Shown here piece by piece: positions 11,749-24,486 of a DNA stretch of 64,000 nucleotides. Location of the stretch: contig NC_068997.1 in NCBI RefSeq assembly GCF_001194135.2, forward strand, positions 47,088,644-47,152,643, in the 5' to 3' direction. The position numbers and the translations under genes were made by a program. The stretch is from Octopus bimaculoides (Eukaryota). How positions within the stretch are numbered: position 1 is the stretch's first letter; the number at the start of each line of letters is the position of its first letter. The notes under the pieces are model-generated. The model did not search any database. It was not told where the DNA came from and saw only the letters and a list, made by a program, of their open reading frames with translations.

Positions 11749-12536
11749 ATACACTACTGGCGTCTACACAATTTCCGTCTACTAAATGCACTCACAAGGC
11801 ATTTGTCGGTCTGATGTTATGGCAGAAGACACTTTCCCAGGATCCCACGTACTTGGATTGTACCCGAAGCAACCGCAGTTGCAAAGCGACCTACTTAAGC
11901 TTTTAACAATGCCTTAGATAAAATAAAGGAGCTTCCATTGTCTTAACTCACTGAAATTGCAAGCCTATCTGGCTCTTTCGACATTAGTTGTTTGTAAAAC
12001 GAAACGTCTGGTGACTGCGGTTTCAAGGACATGAAATTGGAAGCTTTAGGAAATTAAATCAATTGAAATGAAATCATTTCAATGTTTAATATATTATATT
12101 TCATAACATTTTAAAATAGTACTTTAGTAAAAATTGCAATGCTTTTTATTCTGTTAGACCATTTAATTAAATTGACTTTATTGGCGTATGCAATTAACAG
12201 TATTATGAAAACATTCGGTCATTTGGTATGCAATTAAGCGTTACCTAGTCTGCGATTGTGTGTATGGTGTGTGTGTGTGTATGCGTGCGCGCTGTGTATG
12301 TGTGTGTATGTATGTATGTATGTGTGAATATACGCACACTTTTTTGTATTTGCTTATACGTATACATGTGTATATAAGTACATATATTATATGTATACTC
12401 TGTCTCTTCAACACATGCACACACTCAGACATGTACACACTCACACATACATTTACACAAAAACACACACACGCAAACACATTCACACTTACACACTCAC
12501 ACTCACACACGCACCCCGCTCACACACACAAACAGA

Positions 12537-12568
<32 letters not shown>

Positions 12569-12991
12569 CGCAAAGATATGAGTGTCTTCAAAGTTTTGTT
12601 GTTTGTTGGCTTCGCCAGACTGTGAAATTGCGAACGGCACAAACTTGCAAGTGATTGTCAACCTTTTCCGCGTAAAAATGTTTGGCTCTTTACTTAAACG
12701 CTTTCAATGATCTTTTGATTAATGCTCGACTGTTTTTCACGTATAACACTTCATAAACACAAATACACACACATACGCAGACCATGTATACAGATATATA
12801 AAAAGAAAATGAGCTGAAAGACTTCAGACTGGCCAGTGGCATGCATACGAATAACACAGACATGAACAGGTATAACAAATATACATACATAAATACACAC
12901 ACACATACATACAATTATATACACATACATATGTTTAGATGCGCACACAGATATATATGCACGTACAAATATTCACTCACACGCATATAAA

Positions 12992-13041
<50 letters not shown>

Positions 13042-13186
13042 GAGATATATACACACATACCTATATACATACATCCGTACATGCAAATACACACACACAC
13101 ACACACATATATCTAGACGCGTACACACATACATATGCACATATACATACACATTCACACACACATACACACAAACACACCTACAT

Positions 13187-13227
<41 letters not shown>

Positions 13228-14103
13228 TGTATTTCGACAAACCATTATCGTCTAAAGTATATTCGTTTGTTGAATTCTCATGGCTACTAAAATTTCAATT
13301 ATTATCATTATTATTATTATTAGTAGTATTAGTATTATTGTCTCCCCTGATTTTTATCTTGGTTTCAACTCTTTAATCTGTGACTTTTTTCTTTTTTTTT
13401 TCTTTCATACAATATAGGAGAAACTTGTAGAAACTATAGAAAACATAACGTATGCAGAAATTTATCCATTTATTTATTTATTTATTTATTTCGCATTGAT
13501 TTGTCTTTGATTTTTTTGTTCTACTTTTCGGTGTATTTTAAGAATTATATTATTTAGTTTAAGATGGTCTGTTCGAATATTGAAAGGATTACTATTCCGT
13601 AGACTTATCTTTAACCTACAGCGATTGTTTGTGAAGAGAGAGAGAGAGAGAGAGAGAGAAGAGTATATATAGACAGGAAGGAAAAAAGAAAAAAATCACC
13701 TATATCATCAGACGCGATCAAGTAAATCTAGTTATTTTAACTGTACTGTAGAGATAAATCGGTTAAGTAAAACTATATATGATTAGGAGCAACCGTAACA
13801 CGACCACTACTGCGGAGATTGAGATCGAGTAAATGAAAGAGCCTCTAGGAGGTCACTTCAGATATTACAAATAGCAGCCAAATATCTCTCAAACTACATT
13901 CCGCTGTATAAAAGAAAACAGTTGGGTTTCAGTAAGTATTGTTGGATGATCAGAGTTGAATGGTCGTTAATCATTCGTGTGTGGTATATTGTTACGTCTG
14001 TTTATGTCCCGAGTTCAAATCTCACCCATGTTAAATTTACTTTTGATTTTTCTGGAATCGGCAAAATAAAAACTTCCAGTCAATCATTAGCATCGATTTG
14101 ATT

Positions 14104-14155
<52 letters not shown>

Positions 14156-14454
14156 ATCCACTAAAATTTGAGGCCTTCTGACGAAGTTAGAAATAAATAC
14201 TATTACGATCATGGAGATACTGAGTTCAAATCCCACTGAAGTCAAATTTACTTTTCACGCCACACCACCCGAAACCGGCGTCCACATCGATGAACGCTCA
14301 CAGGTATAGGCCACACTTTCATGTCACGTCGTACTGTCACGTCGTACACGCACGCACGCACGCACGCACGCACCAATAAACGTATAGAAACATCGGGAAC
14401 CACACACTGAATTATATACAATCATGTACCAACTTCCCAGAAATATTCTCAGTT

Positions 14455-15310
14455 AGGTCCGTCCGGGTTGTGTTTGACTTCCACTCTGTTCGATGGTTGC
14501 ATGGACTGGAAACTTGCTCGGATGGTGGCTCGATCGATCAGGATTTTATTGACCTGGATTTTGCTGATGATGCGACAGTTCTTGGTGAGTCTCTGGATGT
14601 TTTAATGAATGCTCTCGTTTCAATAAGTGATGAAGCAGAACCGTTTGGCCTCGGAATTTGGCCTCGGAATTTCTTGGGTCAAAACAATGATCCAGTCTTT
14701 CATTGGTTCTTGGAGGTCTCCAATTCGCCTATCACTGTTGCGGTTGAGAATGTCGAAGTTGTTCACCACTTCACTTATCTCGGTAGCGTTATCCATAGCA
14801 GCACTAGCTGCGACTCCAAAGTCGTATGAAGTCTTGGGCCCGTTGGTACAGTTGTAGCCTATCTGGACAAAAGTGTTTGGCGTTGCCGATATCTGAGCAG
14901 GAGGGAAAACATTCGGGTCTTCAGGTCTCTGGTCTTCCCTGCTTTACTATAAGGTTGTGATACTTGGACATTGTCCGGAGCCCTTAGAGACGGCCTAAAT
15001 CCATTTGGTACCAGGGTACTTCGCAAGATTACAGGCTACCACAGGTCGGATTTCTTTTCTAACTCACGACTGGTCTTAGAAACTGGGATGCACTCCGTTA
15101 CTTTTCTCATTCGGGAGAGTCAGTTCAGACTGTCTGGTCATGCTGCTTGTTTTTCCGATATGGATCCTGCGTATTATGTTCTCTTCTCTGAGGATCCAGC
15201 TGGGGTCACAGCTCGTGTTGATCCACCACGTGCAACATAGTCATGGTAGATGAGGAATTATGTCAGAGTTGAGTAAATTGAGGTGAACGAGAAATCAAGT
15301 GCCTCGCTAA
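14455..15310 (+). pseudogene. RTE-clade LINE reverse transcriptase fragment (decayed)
   Basis: Frameshifted translation: VRPGCV..TLFDGCMDW, IDLDFADDATVLGESLDVLMNAL (catalytic xADD), VEVVHHFTYLGSVI, VWRCRYLSRRENIRVFRSLVFPALL*GCDTWTL, LIRESQFRLSGH. Confidence 0.9.
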
Positions 15311-15439
15311 AGAAGACTGCTTCTCTCCTGGTCCAGGGATGAAATTTAGAACCCTAAGTTCATAAAATGAACATCCATACTACTAGGATGTGCGCTTTCT
15401 TACAATAAATTAGATGCTTTCTGACGATTCGTAGTGCAC

Positions 15440-15862
15440 TGCTAGATTCAGTGTTGTGCACGAGGACCATTGGGGAGGGGGGGCAGTCAACGACATTTGA
15501 AGCGTTTGAGGGAGGACGTTTGAGGGTTTGTGGAGCGCAAAAAATTGGATTCTTCACGACGACGATGCACCCTGTTACGAAACTCCCTCACTGATGAGTT
15601 TCTCAACAAAAACGACATTGTACCGCTTCCTTACGTGCCCCATTCGCCAGATTTAGCACCTGAGGACTTGCCCCGAGATGAAAATGCAGCTTGAAGGTCG
15701 CCGTTTTAACACTGATGTCGAGATCCAGAGCGAATCTCAGAAGGTCCACGACACGCTCACGGATAACGACTTCAGGGATAGATTCCAAAAGTGGCATGAA
15801 CGCTGGGCCCCGTGTATTGCTGCGTAAGGTCACTATTTCGATGCAGAAGATGTTAAAACTTA
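15440..15862 (+). mobile_element. Mariner transposase C-terminal fragment
   Basis: LKRLREDV, NWILHDDDAPC, PHSPDLAPEDL, PEMKMQLEGRRFNTDVEIQSESQKVHDTLTDNDFRDRFQKWHERWAPCIAA*GHYFD, with two or more frameshifts. Confidence 0.9.
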
Positions 15863-15932
15863 AGTAATTAAGTCATTTTATTAAACATAACTATATATAT
15901 ATATATATACATATATATATACATACATATAT

Positions 15933-16090
15933 ACGACAGGCTTCTTTCAGTTTCCATCTACCAAATTCACTCACAAGGCTTTGGTCGGCCCGAGGCTATA
16001 GTAGAAGACACTTGCCCAAGGTACCACGCAGTGGGACTGAACCCGGAACCTTGTGGTTGGTAAGCAAGTTACTTACCACAGAACCACTCC

Positions 16091-16092
<2 letters not shown>
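15933..16092 (-). mobile_element. SINE B 5' half
   Basis: Reverse complement of the head: ...GGCTTCTTTCAGTTTCCATCTACCAAATTCACTCACAAGGCTTTGGTCGGCCCGAGGCTATAGTAGAAGACACTTGCCCAAGG... It ends at a (TA) tract. Confidence 0.85.
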
Positions 16093-16130
<38 letters not shown>

Positions 16131-17451
16131 TGTATGTGTGTGTGTGTGTATATATATATATATNNNNNNNNNNNNNNNNNNNNNNNNNNNNNNNNNNNNN
16201 NNNNNNNNNNNNNNNNNNNNNNNNNNNNNNNNNNNNNNNNNNNNNNNNNNNNNNNNNNNNNNNNNNNNNNNNNNNNNNNNNNNNNNNNNNNNNNNNNNNN
16301 NNNNNNNNNNNNNNNNNNNNNNNNNNNNNNNNNNNNNNNNNNNNNNNNNNNNNNNNNNNNNNNNNNNNNNNNNNNNNNNNNNNNNNNNNNNNNNNNNNNN
16401 NNNNNNNNNNNNNNNNNNNNNNNNNNNNNNNNNNNNNNNNNNNNNNNNNNNNNNNNNNNNNNNNNNNNNNNNNNNNNNNNNNNNNNNNNNNNNNNNNNNN
16501 NNNNNNNNNNNNNNNNNNNNNNNNNNNNNNNNNNNNNNNNNNNNNNNNNNNNNNNNNNNNNNNNNNNNNNNNNNNNNNNNNNNNNNNNNNNNNNNNNNNN
16601 NNNNNNNNNNNNNNNNNNNNNNNNNNNNNNNNNNNNNNNNNNNNNNNNNNNNNNNNNNNNNNNNNNNNNNNNNNNNNNNNNNNNNNNNNNNNNNNNNNNN
16701 NNNNNNNNNNNNNNNNNNNNNNNNNNNNNNNNNNNNNNNNNNNNNNNNNNNNNNNNNNNNNNNNNNNNNNNNNNNNNNNNNNNNNNNNNNNNNNNNNNNN
16801 NNNNNNNNNNNNNNNNNNNNNNNNNNNNNNNNNNNNNNNNNNNNNNNNNNNNNNNNNNNNNNNNNNNNNNTATGTATATATATGTATATACATATATATA
16901 TGTATATATATGTATATACATATATATATGTATATATATGTATATACATATATATATGTATATATATGTATATACATATATATATGTATATGTATATACA
17001 TATATATATGTATATGTATATACATATATATATGTATATATGTTTACATATATATATGTATATATATATATACATGCGCACACACACTGACACATACGCA
17101 TAAATGCATATAAAATTAGACCATTATTTCCAGCCACTATTTCATAATCAACCTTCTCGTCGGTAGTTTTTCTGTATACTATGTTAAGGAAGTGACACTA
17201 GAATGGCTTCCTGCTGCCAAATAGGCAGGAAAGACTAAAACAGCCACATATAAACATATACCAGAGATATTTAGATAATCGGACAAGATATAACACACGC
17301 ATACACACACACACACATACACCCGCTGATACACACTTTGTCTCTTTATCTCTCTCTCTCTATCTATACCCACTTATACCCATTCATTTAGTTGCTTCAG
17401 TCATTGAAGATCGGGTACGTATACATATGAACACACGCGCATACTACCACA

Positions 17452-17525
<74 letters not shown>

Positions 17526-17534
17526 AGAGAGGCT

Positions 17535-18044
17535 AAGTAGCTAGTTAGAAAATCTCTGCAAGAGATGAAAGCAGTAATTAAACTGAGAAGTGATGTTTAT
17601 CGCGCCGTTAACATGACTGTTCTGTAGGAACCGACGTTATTACGATTTTAACCCCAAGAGTACCCTGCTTCCAGCTGGTTCTTCGATGCGATCTGCCTCC
17701 GATATATATATATATTGCAAGTAGGTAAGCGAACCCCTACCACCTTCCAGCGACGTGACGACCTTCCTGTACGGTTTCGAGCTATTTGTGCTCATCCTCA
17801 GTGATTGATACTCGTTCACTAGAGTTCGTAGTAGTTCGTTCCAGCCCGCAATATTGAGAAACGTAAGTGACAACCAGTCGCTGATCTTGCAACAAGCAAA
17901 GTAACGAGTTAAAACATCTCTGTAAGAGATGAAAGCAGTATCTATACTGAGAGGTAATGCTTATCGCCACGTCAACATGGCTGCTCCGTAGGAACCCATG
18001 TTACTTCCATTTTAACTCTAGGAGGACGCTTCCTCCTGCTGGTT
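17535..18044. repeat. Pair of ~146-bp diverged direct repeats, period 364 bp
   Basis: 17535-17680 and 17899-18044 align without gaps (GAGATGAAAGCAGTA at 17562 and 17926; GCTGGTT ends at 17680 and 18044). About 75% identity by eye. Confidence 0.85.
17770..17801 (-). ncRNA. Minimal hammerhead-ribozyme-like core (Penelope/retrozyme type)
   Basis: Minus strand reads CTGAGGA-T-GAGC-acaaata-GCTC-GAAA-CCGT-A. CUGANGA, a perfect 4-bp stem II and GAAA are present. Stem I pairing is not evident. Confidence 0.5.
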
Positions 18045-18398
18045 AGTTTATGCAATGTGCATACGATATATATATATATANNNNNNNNNNNNNNNNNNNN
18101 NNNNNNNNNNNNNNNNNNNNNNNNNNNNNNNNNNNNNNNNNNNNNNNNNNNNNNNNNNNNNNNNNNNNNNNNNNNNNNNNNNNNNNNNNNNNNNNNNNNN
18201 NNNNNNNNNNNNNNNNNNNNNNNNNNNNNNNNNNNNNNNNNNNNNNNNNNNNNNNNNNNNNNNNNNNNNNNNNNNNNNNNNNNNNNNNNNNNNNNNNNNN
18301 NNNNNNNNNNNNNNNNNNNNNNNNNNNNNNNNNNNNNNNNNNNNNNNNNNNNNNNNNNNNNNNNNNNNNNNNNNNNNNNNNNNNNNNNNNNNNNNNNN

Positions 18399-18429
<31 letters not shown>

Positions 18430-18435
<6 letters not shown>

Positions 18436-18625
18436 TTGGCGATTTTCTTTCTCCATCTTCCCTTTTTTGGACCTTTTCTATATTTCTGATGAAGACCTCC
18501 GCTCGAAACGTGAAATCCTCTTTCTTTTCTTTCCATTCCTAATCGTCCAATAACACTCTACTTATTCCACGTCCTCGCGTTGTTGTGTTGTTGTTTTTTC
18601 GTGTTATTTCGTGCTTGTTCATGTT
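18430..18625 (+). mobile_element. Probable Penelope-like element terminal (pLTR) fragment
   Basis: Pyrimidine-rich segment containing a hammerhead core and ending in a (TA)n tail. Assignment is by analogy with PLE ends. Confidence 0.4.
18482..18516 (+). ncRNA. Minimal type I hammerhead-ribozyme motif (probably inactivated)
   Basis: ATTT-CTGATGA-A-GACC-tcc-GCTC-GAA-ACGT-G-AAAT. Stem I is ATTT/AAAT, stem III is the palindrome ACGT, stem II has one mismatch, and position 17 is G. Confidence 0.55.
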
Positions 18626-18857
18626 TGGATTGCCTATATATATATATATATACACATACGTGTGTGTGTGTGTCTGTATATATACATTACATCTTAGATA
18701 TATCTATATATATTATATATATATATAATATATTATATAGTTTATATATACTACGTATTGTATATTTTATATATATCAAACATAAATTGAAAACAGAACA
18801 CGAAGGATACCGTGTCTACATATATATTATATATATATATATATGGATACCGTGTCT

Positions 18858-18917
<60 letters not shown>

Positions 18918-19041
18918 GTGTGTATATAAATGCATGGACGTACTTAAATATATATAAGTATATTATTGTTTATAATAACATCAGTGACTTAGTATGCGTA
19001 AAAAACCTATAAAGGTAAAAATTATATAGATAAATTATATA

Positions 19042-19079
<38 letters not shown>

Positions 19080-19461
19080 CACGCATGTATATATGCACAC
19101 ACACATATATACGCACTCACACATCTATACGTATATATACACATACATTTATATGTACATGTTTAATAATATATATTTTCACATGATACCGCACCTGTAT
19201 GATAGTTGATATCTCATTTCTATTAAACTCGACTTTATTTACAGCGTTCCCGTCTCCGTTGTAGCTCATTAACCAGTCTTAAACTTGATATTTCTTCATT
19301 CATATTAAGAATTCCCGCTTACTCGTGTTGCCTGATTGTATGATAGAATTATTCTTAACAACATTGGGAAATATAATTCTACTTGGTAAAGGAGTTGGGC
19401 AAACATGTCTGTTTCGTTTTTAAGGGAAAAGGAGACAAGTCTTAAACGCAAAGCAATTTGC

Positions 19462-20138
19462 AAGCGTCGGCTTTGCTTTTCATCCTTTTGAGGTCAATAA
19501 AGGTAGTACCAGTTAAACACTGGGATAGATATAATCAACTTGCTCACCTCTAGAATTGCTGGCCTTGTGCCAAAGTTTGAAAATAATATTTACATACAGA
19601 GTTCAGGTGGCGAGCTGATAGACTCATTAGAACGCACTCCCAAAAGAAGTGCTTCGCGTCATCTCGTTTGTCTTTACGTTCTGAGTTCAAATTCTGCCGA
19701 GGCAGTAAAATAAATACTAGTTGAGCACTGGGGTCGATGTAAACGACTTCGCGTCCCCCAGAAGGAGCAAGAAGGCAATCTTTTGTCCGTCTTTACGTTC
19801 TAAATTGAAAATCCGTTTCTGTCGACTTTGCATTTCATCCTTTGGAGATCGATAAAACACTAAGGTCGGTAGACTCAACTTATCCATTCTCCGAAATTGC
19901 AGGCCTTGTGCAACAATTTGAAGCCAATATTTATACATCAAGTTAAGAGGGCGAGCCGAAGTAAATGTTTAGCGGCATTTAGTCCGTCTTTACATGTTCT
20001 GAGTTGAAATTCTGCCGAGGTCGACTTTGCCTTTCATCTTTTCTGTATCGATAAAATATATACCAGTCGATCACTGCAGTGGATGTAACTGACTTATCTC
20101 CACACGCTAGATTGCTGGCCTTGTGCTGAAATTTGAAA
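19462..20138 (+). mobile_element. Four head-to-tail diverged SINE A copies
   Basis: Repeated modules GTCGACTTTGC(C/A)TTTCATC... and tails GGCCTTGTGC...AATTTGAA at about 19462-19585, 19605-19760, 19780-19925 and 19945-20138. Confidence 0.8.
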
Positions 20139-20327
20139 AAACACTGTTTTTTTTTACCTCCAAATGATTTTCCCTCAAACAGTCTGCAATTTGAATGCTT
20201 CCGTATGTATATATATGTGCGTATGTATGTATATGCTATATATATGTTAGTAGTATCCATATAATGCTTGTATGTATTTACATTCATGTATGCATAATGT
20301 ATATATTCATACACATATGTATGTATG

Positions 20328-20374
<47 letters not shown>

Positions 20375-20863
20375 NNNNNNNNNNATATATATATATATAT
20401 ATGTATGTACGTATGCCTGTATACCTGTAATTTTTGTCTGTCTTTATCTATCTATCTATCTATCTACATACTTTTACACGTGCACACAGACAAGTATATA
20501 CACTCACACACGTTCACACACTCTCACACATGTATATAAGCATATATTACATATATATATATGTATATGTGTGTGTGTGTGTGTGTACTCACACACTCAC
20601 ACACACACATATATACTCGCACACTTACACACGCGTACATATATACCTACATCTATTAGCCTGTCAAGATTTGGAGATAAACAAAATGTTTTAATCTCCA
20701 AGCTAAACAATTCTTGCTACTCTTTATTCATTATTCAGACTTTTCTGTTTAAAAAGTCACACAGGAAATCCTCGTTGCAGAAAGAAAATCTTATAAGTCT
20801 TTAAGTTTCGGTGAAAAGGGTTTTCTTCGTTTTAGTAAATCCTGTAAGTATAATCGAAATAAC

Positions 20864-21178
20864 TGCAGCAGCAACAACAACAACAACGACGACAACAACA
20901 ACAATGACAAGAACAACGATGATGACGACGACGACGGTGATGATGATGATGATGATAGAACGATGATGGTGATGGTGATGATGATGATGATAATCAGGAG
21001 GAGGAGGAGCACGAGGTGGAGGATTATGTAGACAATGACGTTGATGATGGTGATGATGAGATGGTTGCTACTGCTGCTGCTGCTGATGATGATAGAATGA
21101 TGATGATGATGATGATTGAACAATGATGATGCCTATGATGATGATGATGAGGAGGAGGATGCTGATGATGATGATGAT
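20864..21178. repeat. Compound (CAA)/(GAC)/(GAT)/(GAG) trinucleotide tract
   Basis: Direct reading. Confidence 0.9.
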
Positions 21179-21900
21179 ACAAACGAAAACTGTATCAAAG
21201 AATATAGCGTCTTTTTAAATCTTAATTTGAACTTTAAAGATCTGAAAAGATATACAGATGAGGAATGGACTTAGAAAGGATCGATGGCAGTAAAAAAGGA
21301 AAAATATATGTTTGAACAAAATAGCCCTAAGTCTAACGGTTATATACAGCCACCAAGAAGATAGATAAAACCAAAGTTAAAAGTGTTTATTAGCAAAAAA
21401 AATATACCATATGTTAAAGAAAGATGAACTTGAATAGGAAAATAAGAGGAAAACACAGAGAATATAGCTCTCTGATTTTAAAATCAAAGTCATATAAACA
21501 CACACATACATGTATATATTCATACAGGCATACATATGTATAGATACATGCATACACCTAGATAAGCACACATACAGACGGATATGCAACAGGAGTGAAC
21601 TGAAGAAGAGGTAGTCAATACCAGGGGAAAATATGGAGTTATAAATATTTATTATTTAAATTACATCTCGTAACTGATATAAGTTATGGTTACTGTCACT
21701 GGTTTTTGTCTGTAGATATGTTCCCAGTCACCTACAGGTCTGGTTCTAATCAGAAGAATGCAAACAAAAAAGACAAAAAAAAAGAAGAAAAGAAAATCAA
21801 ACAAAAGAGACAAAGCTTCAGCCTTCTTGAAAGAATACCTCTAGGAAAGCGACAAGCTATTTGTCATGTGAGGTTAACTGTATTTTACATTACACACACA

Positions 21901-21935
<35 letters not shown>

Positions 21936-22035
21936 NNNNNNNNNNNNNNNNNNNNNNNNNNNNNNNNNNNNNNNNNNNNNNNNNNNNNNNNNNNNNNNNN
22001 NNNNNNNNNNNNNNNNNNNNNNNNNNNNNNNNNNN

Positions 22036-22100
22036 AATCGAAACCGCGATCCTCCGACCGCGAGTCCGCTGCCCTAACCATTGGGTCATTGCGCCTCCAC
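22036..22100 (-). mobile_element. SINE family C tRNA-like head (runs into a gap)
   Basis: Minus strand GTGGAGGCGCAATGACCCAATGGTTAGGGCAGCGGACTCGCGGTCGGAGGATCGCGGTTTCGATT has A and B boxes and a tRNA-Arg-like look. No complete acceptor stem. Confidence 0.7.
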
Positions 22101-22120
22101 ATGTATAAATATATAAATAA

Positions 22121-22151
<31 letters not shown>

Positions 22152-22165
22152 CATGCTTACATACA

Positions 22166-22206
<41 letters not shown>

Positions 22207-22704
22207 GCATGTATATGCATATACACACATGTCATATAAACTAGTCTATATTACTTAAACGATAGTGAACGCGATGTCTAAACAAAAATATATTTACATA
22301 TATTTGGAGCATAGCATCTAGAAATTAATATACAAAGTGGTACAAACGCAAATCAACGACCGAGACACATTAAAATGAATATATGGATTAGACTCAATTC
22401 CCTGTGCCTTTTAAACTCAATGTATATATTAGGCTTAACGTTATTAAGTACCACGTGACGGGAGTTCGATTCTATAATACATTAAATATAAGAGAAAATT
22501 ATGACAGAATTAATTCGTTGTGCGTTTTAGCTCATTGTCCTTTTGCAGGGAGGGAAATGTGTGTGTGTGTGTGTGTGTGGGTGTGTCTGTGTGTATGTAA
22601 GTGTGTGTGCACGCGCGCGCGTGCGAGTACTGTTTGCTTCTAATGATTGAGAAAATCATTACATTATTTCGTGTGAGTGAAGACAATGAATAATGAATAT
22701 ATGC

Positions 22705-24104
22705 ATATATATATATATAAATCTAAAGTTGTGTGTCCGTGTGAAGCCTTTTTGAATGTTTATAGAAATCCACATTTTCCACTTTTTCGTAAAAATTTTT
22801 ACATCAATGGAATTTTCTCGATGTGAACTTTCCAGTGCAGGAATTAGATTTTTAAAATTCCGTTTACTTTGTGTGATTTAAGGGAGATTTGGCTGTTGTT
22901 TCCAGCAACTTTTATATTTCATCCCTTCTACCTGGAACGTCATTCTTACACACGCGCTCAACATAAAAATATAGAGAGNNNNNNNNNNNNNNNNNNNNNN
23001 NNNNNNNNNNNNNNNNNNNNNNNNNNNNNNNNNNNNNNNNNNNNNNNNNNNNNNNNNNNNNNNNNNNNNNNNNNNNNNNNNNNNNNNNNNNNNNNNNNNN
23101 NNNNNNNNNNNNNNNNNNNNNNNNNNNNNNNNNNNNNNNNNNNNNNNNNNNNNNNNNNNNNNNNNNNNNNNNNNNNNNNNNNNNNNNNNNNNNNNNNNNN
23201 NNNNNNNNNNNNNNNNNNNNNNNNNNNNNNNNNNNNNNNNNNNNNNNNNNNNNNNNNNNNNNNNNNNNNNNNNNNNNNNNNNNNNNNNNNNNNNNNNNNN
23301 NNNNNNNNNNNNNNNNNNNNNNNNNNNNNNNNNNNNNNNNNNNNNNNNNNNNNNNNNNNNNNNNNNNNNNNNNNNNNNNNNNNNNNNNNNNNNNNNNNNN
23401 NNNNNNNNNNNNNNNNNNNNNNNNNNNNNNNNNNNNNNNNNNNNNNNNNNNNNNNNNNNNNNNNNNNNNNNNNNNNNNNNNNNNNNNNNNNNNNNNNNNN
23501 NNNNNNNNNNNNNNNNNNNNNNNNNNNNNNNNNNNNNNNNNNNNNNNNNNNNNNNNNNNNNNNNNNNNNNNNNNNNNNNNNNNNNNNNNNNNNNNNNNNN
23601 NNNNNNNNNNNNNNNNNNNNNNNNNNNNNNNNNNNNNNNNNNNNNNNNNNNNNNNNNNNNNNNNNNNNTAATGAAGTAATAGGCAGTGAAGAGAAGCAGT
23701 CATAAGAAAACTTTTAACTACCCCTATTCCTTTCTCTCCCCCTCTCTACCTCTTCCTCTCTCGCTCTCTCAAAAGCATACACGTGCAAGTACACAATCAT
23801 TCAGTAAAATATAACTCATGTTCGTCAATGTTTTGTAAATTTACCACGATTTTCACTAGGGTGTTAGGGTTAGGGTTTTAGGGTCAGGGTTTAGGATTAA
23901 TGCTACGGTTACGTTTTTTAGGGTTAGGGTTAGGGTTAGGGTTTAGGGTTAGTGTTAGGGTTAGTGTTAGGGTTAGTGTTATGATTACATCATAAGGGCT
24001 TTTTCGTTGTAAGGCTTTCTTTTTTTAGTTGATTTTCAGCTAGCAAGATTTATCGTAGATGGCATAAGAAGTCACACCCGGACAAGGTCGGTTTATACTG
24101 CTAG
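22705..24104 (+). mobile_element. Putative non-autonomous Helitron spanning a gap
   Basis: The 3' end CACCCGGACAAGGTCGGTTTATACTG-CTAG|T (24074-24105) parallels the Helitron end at 8266-8294. The 5' part ATATATATAAATCTAAAGTTGTGTGT resembles Helitron 5' ends, but the canonical TC is not clear. Continuity across the N gap is unproven. Confidence 0.5.
23857..23981 (+). repeat. Interstitial telomere-like (TTAGGG)n with TTAGTG and TTTAGGG variants
   Basis: TTAGGGTTAGGGTTAGGGTTAGGGTTTAGGGTTAGTGTTAGGG..., in two blocks. Confidence 0.9.
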
Positions 24105-24191
24105 TATATATATATATATAAATGTATGGATAGATTCATGCATGTATGTATGTACGTATACTGGATATGTGTAGATACATATATCCGTATA

Positions 24192-24233
<42 letters not shown>

Positions 24234-24289
24234 CATTATACATATTTATGTATGTCTAAAAGTAGATATATATATATATGAGCGTGTGC

Positions 24290-24344
<55 letters not shown>

Positions 24345-24422
24345 NNNNNNNNNNNNNNNNNNNNNNNNNNNNNNNNNNNNNNNNNNNNNNNNNNNNNNNN
24401 NNNNNNNNNNNNNNNNNNNNNN

Positions 24423-24486
<64 letters not shown>

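Noticed and set aside
21716-21867. Open frame between an acceptor-like TGTAG and a donor-like GTGAGG
   Set aside because: It includes poly-A runs, and its 3' part matches the dispersed repeat at 35214-35305.
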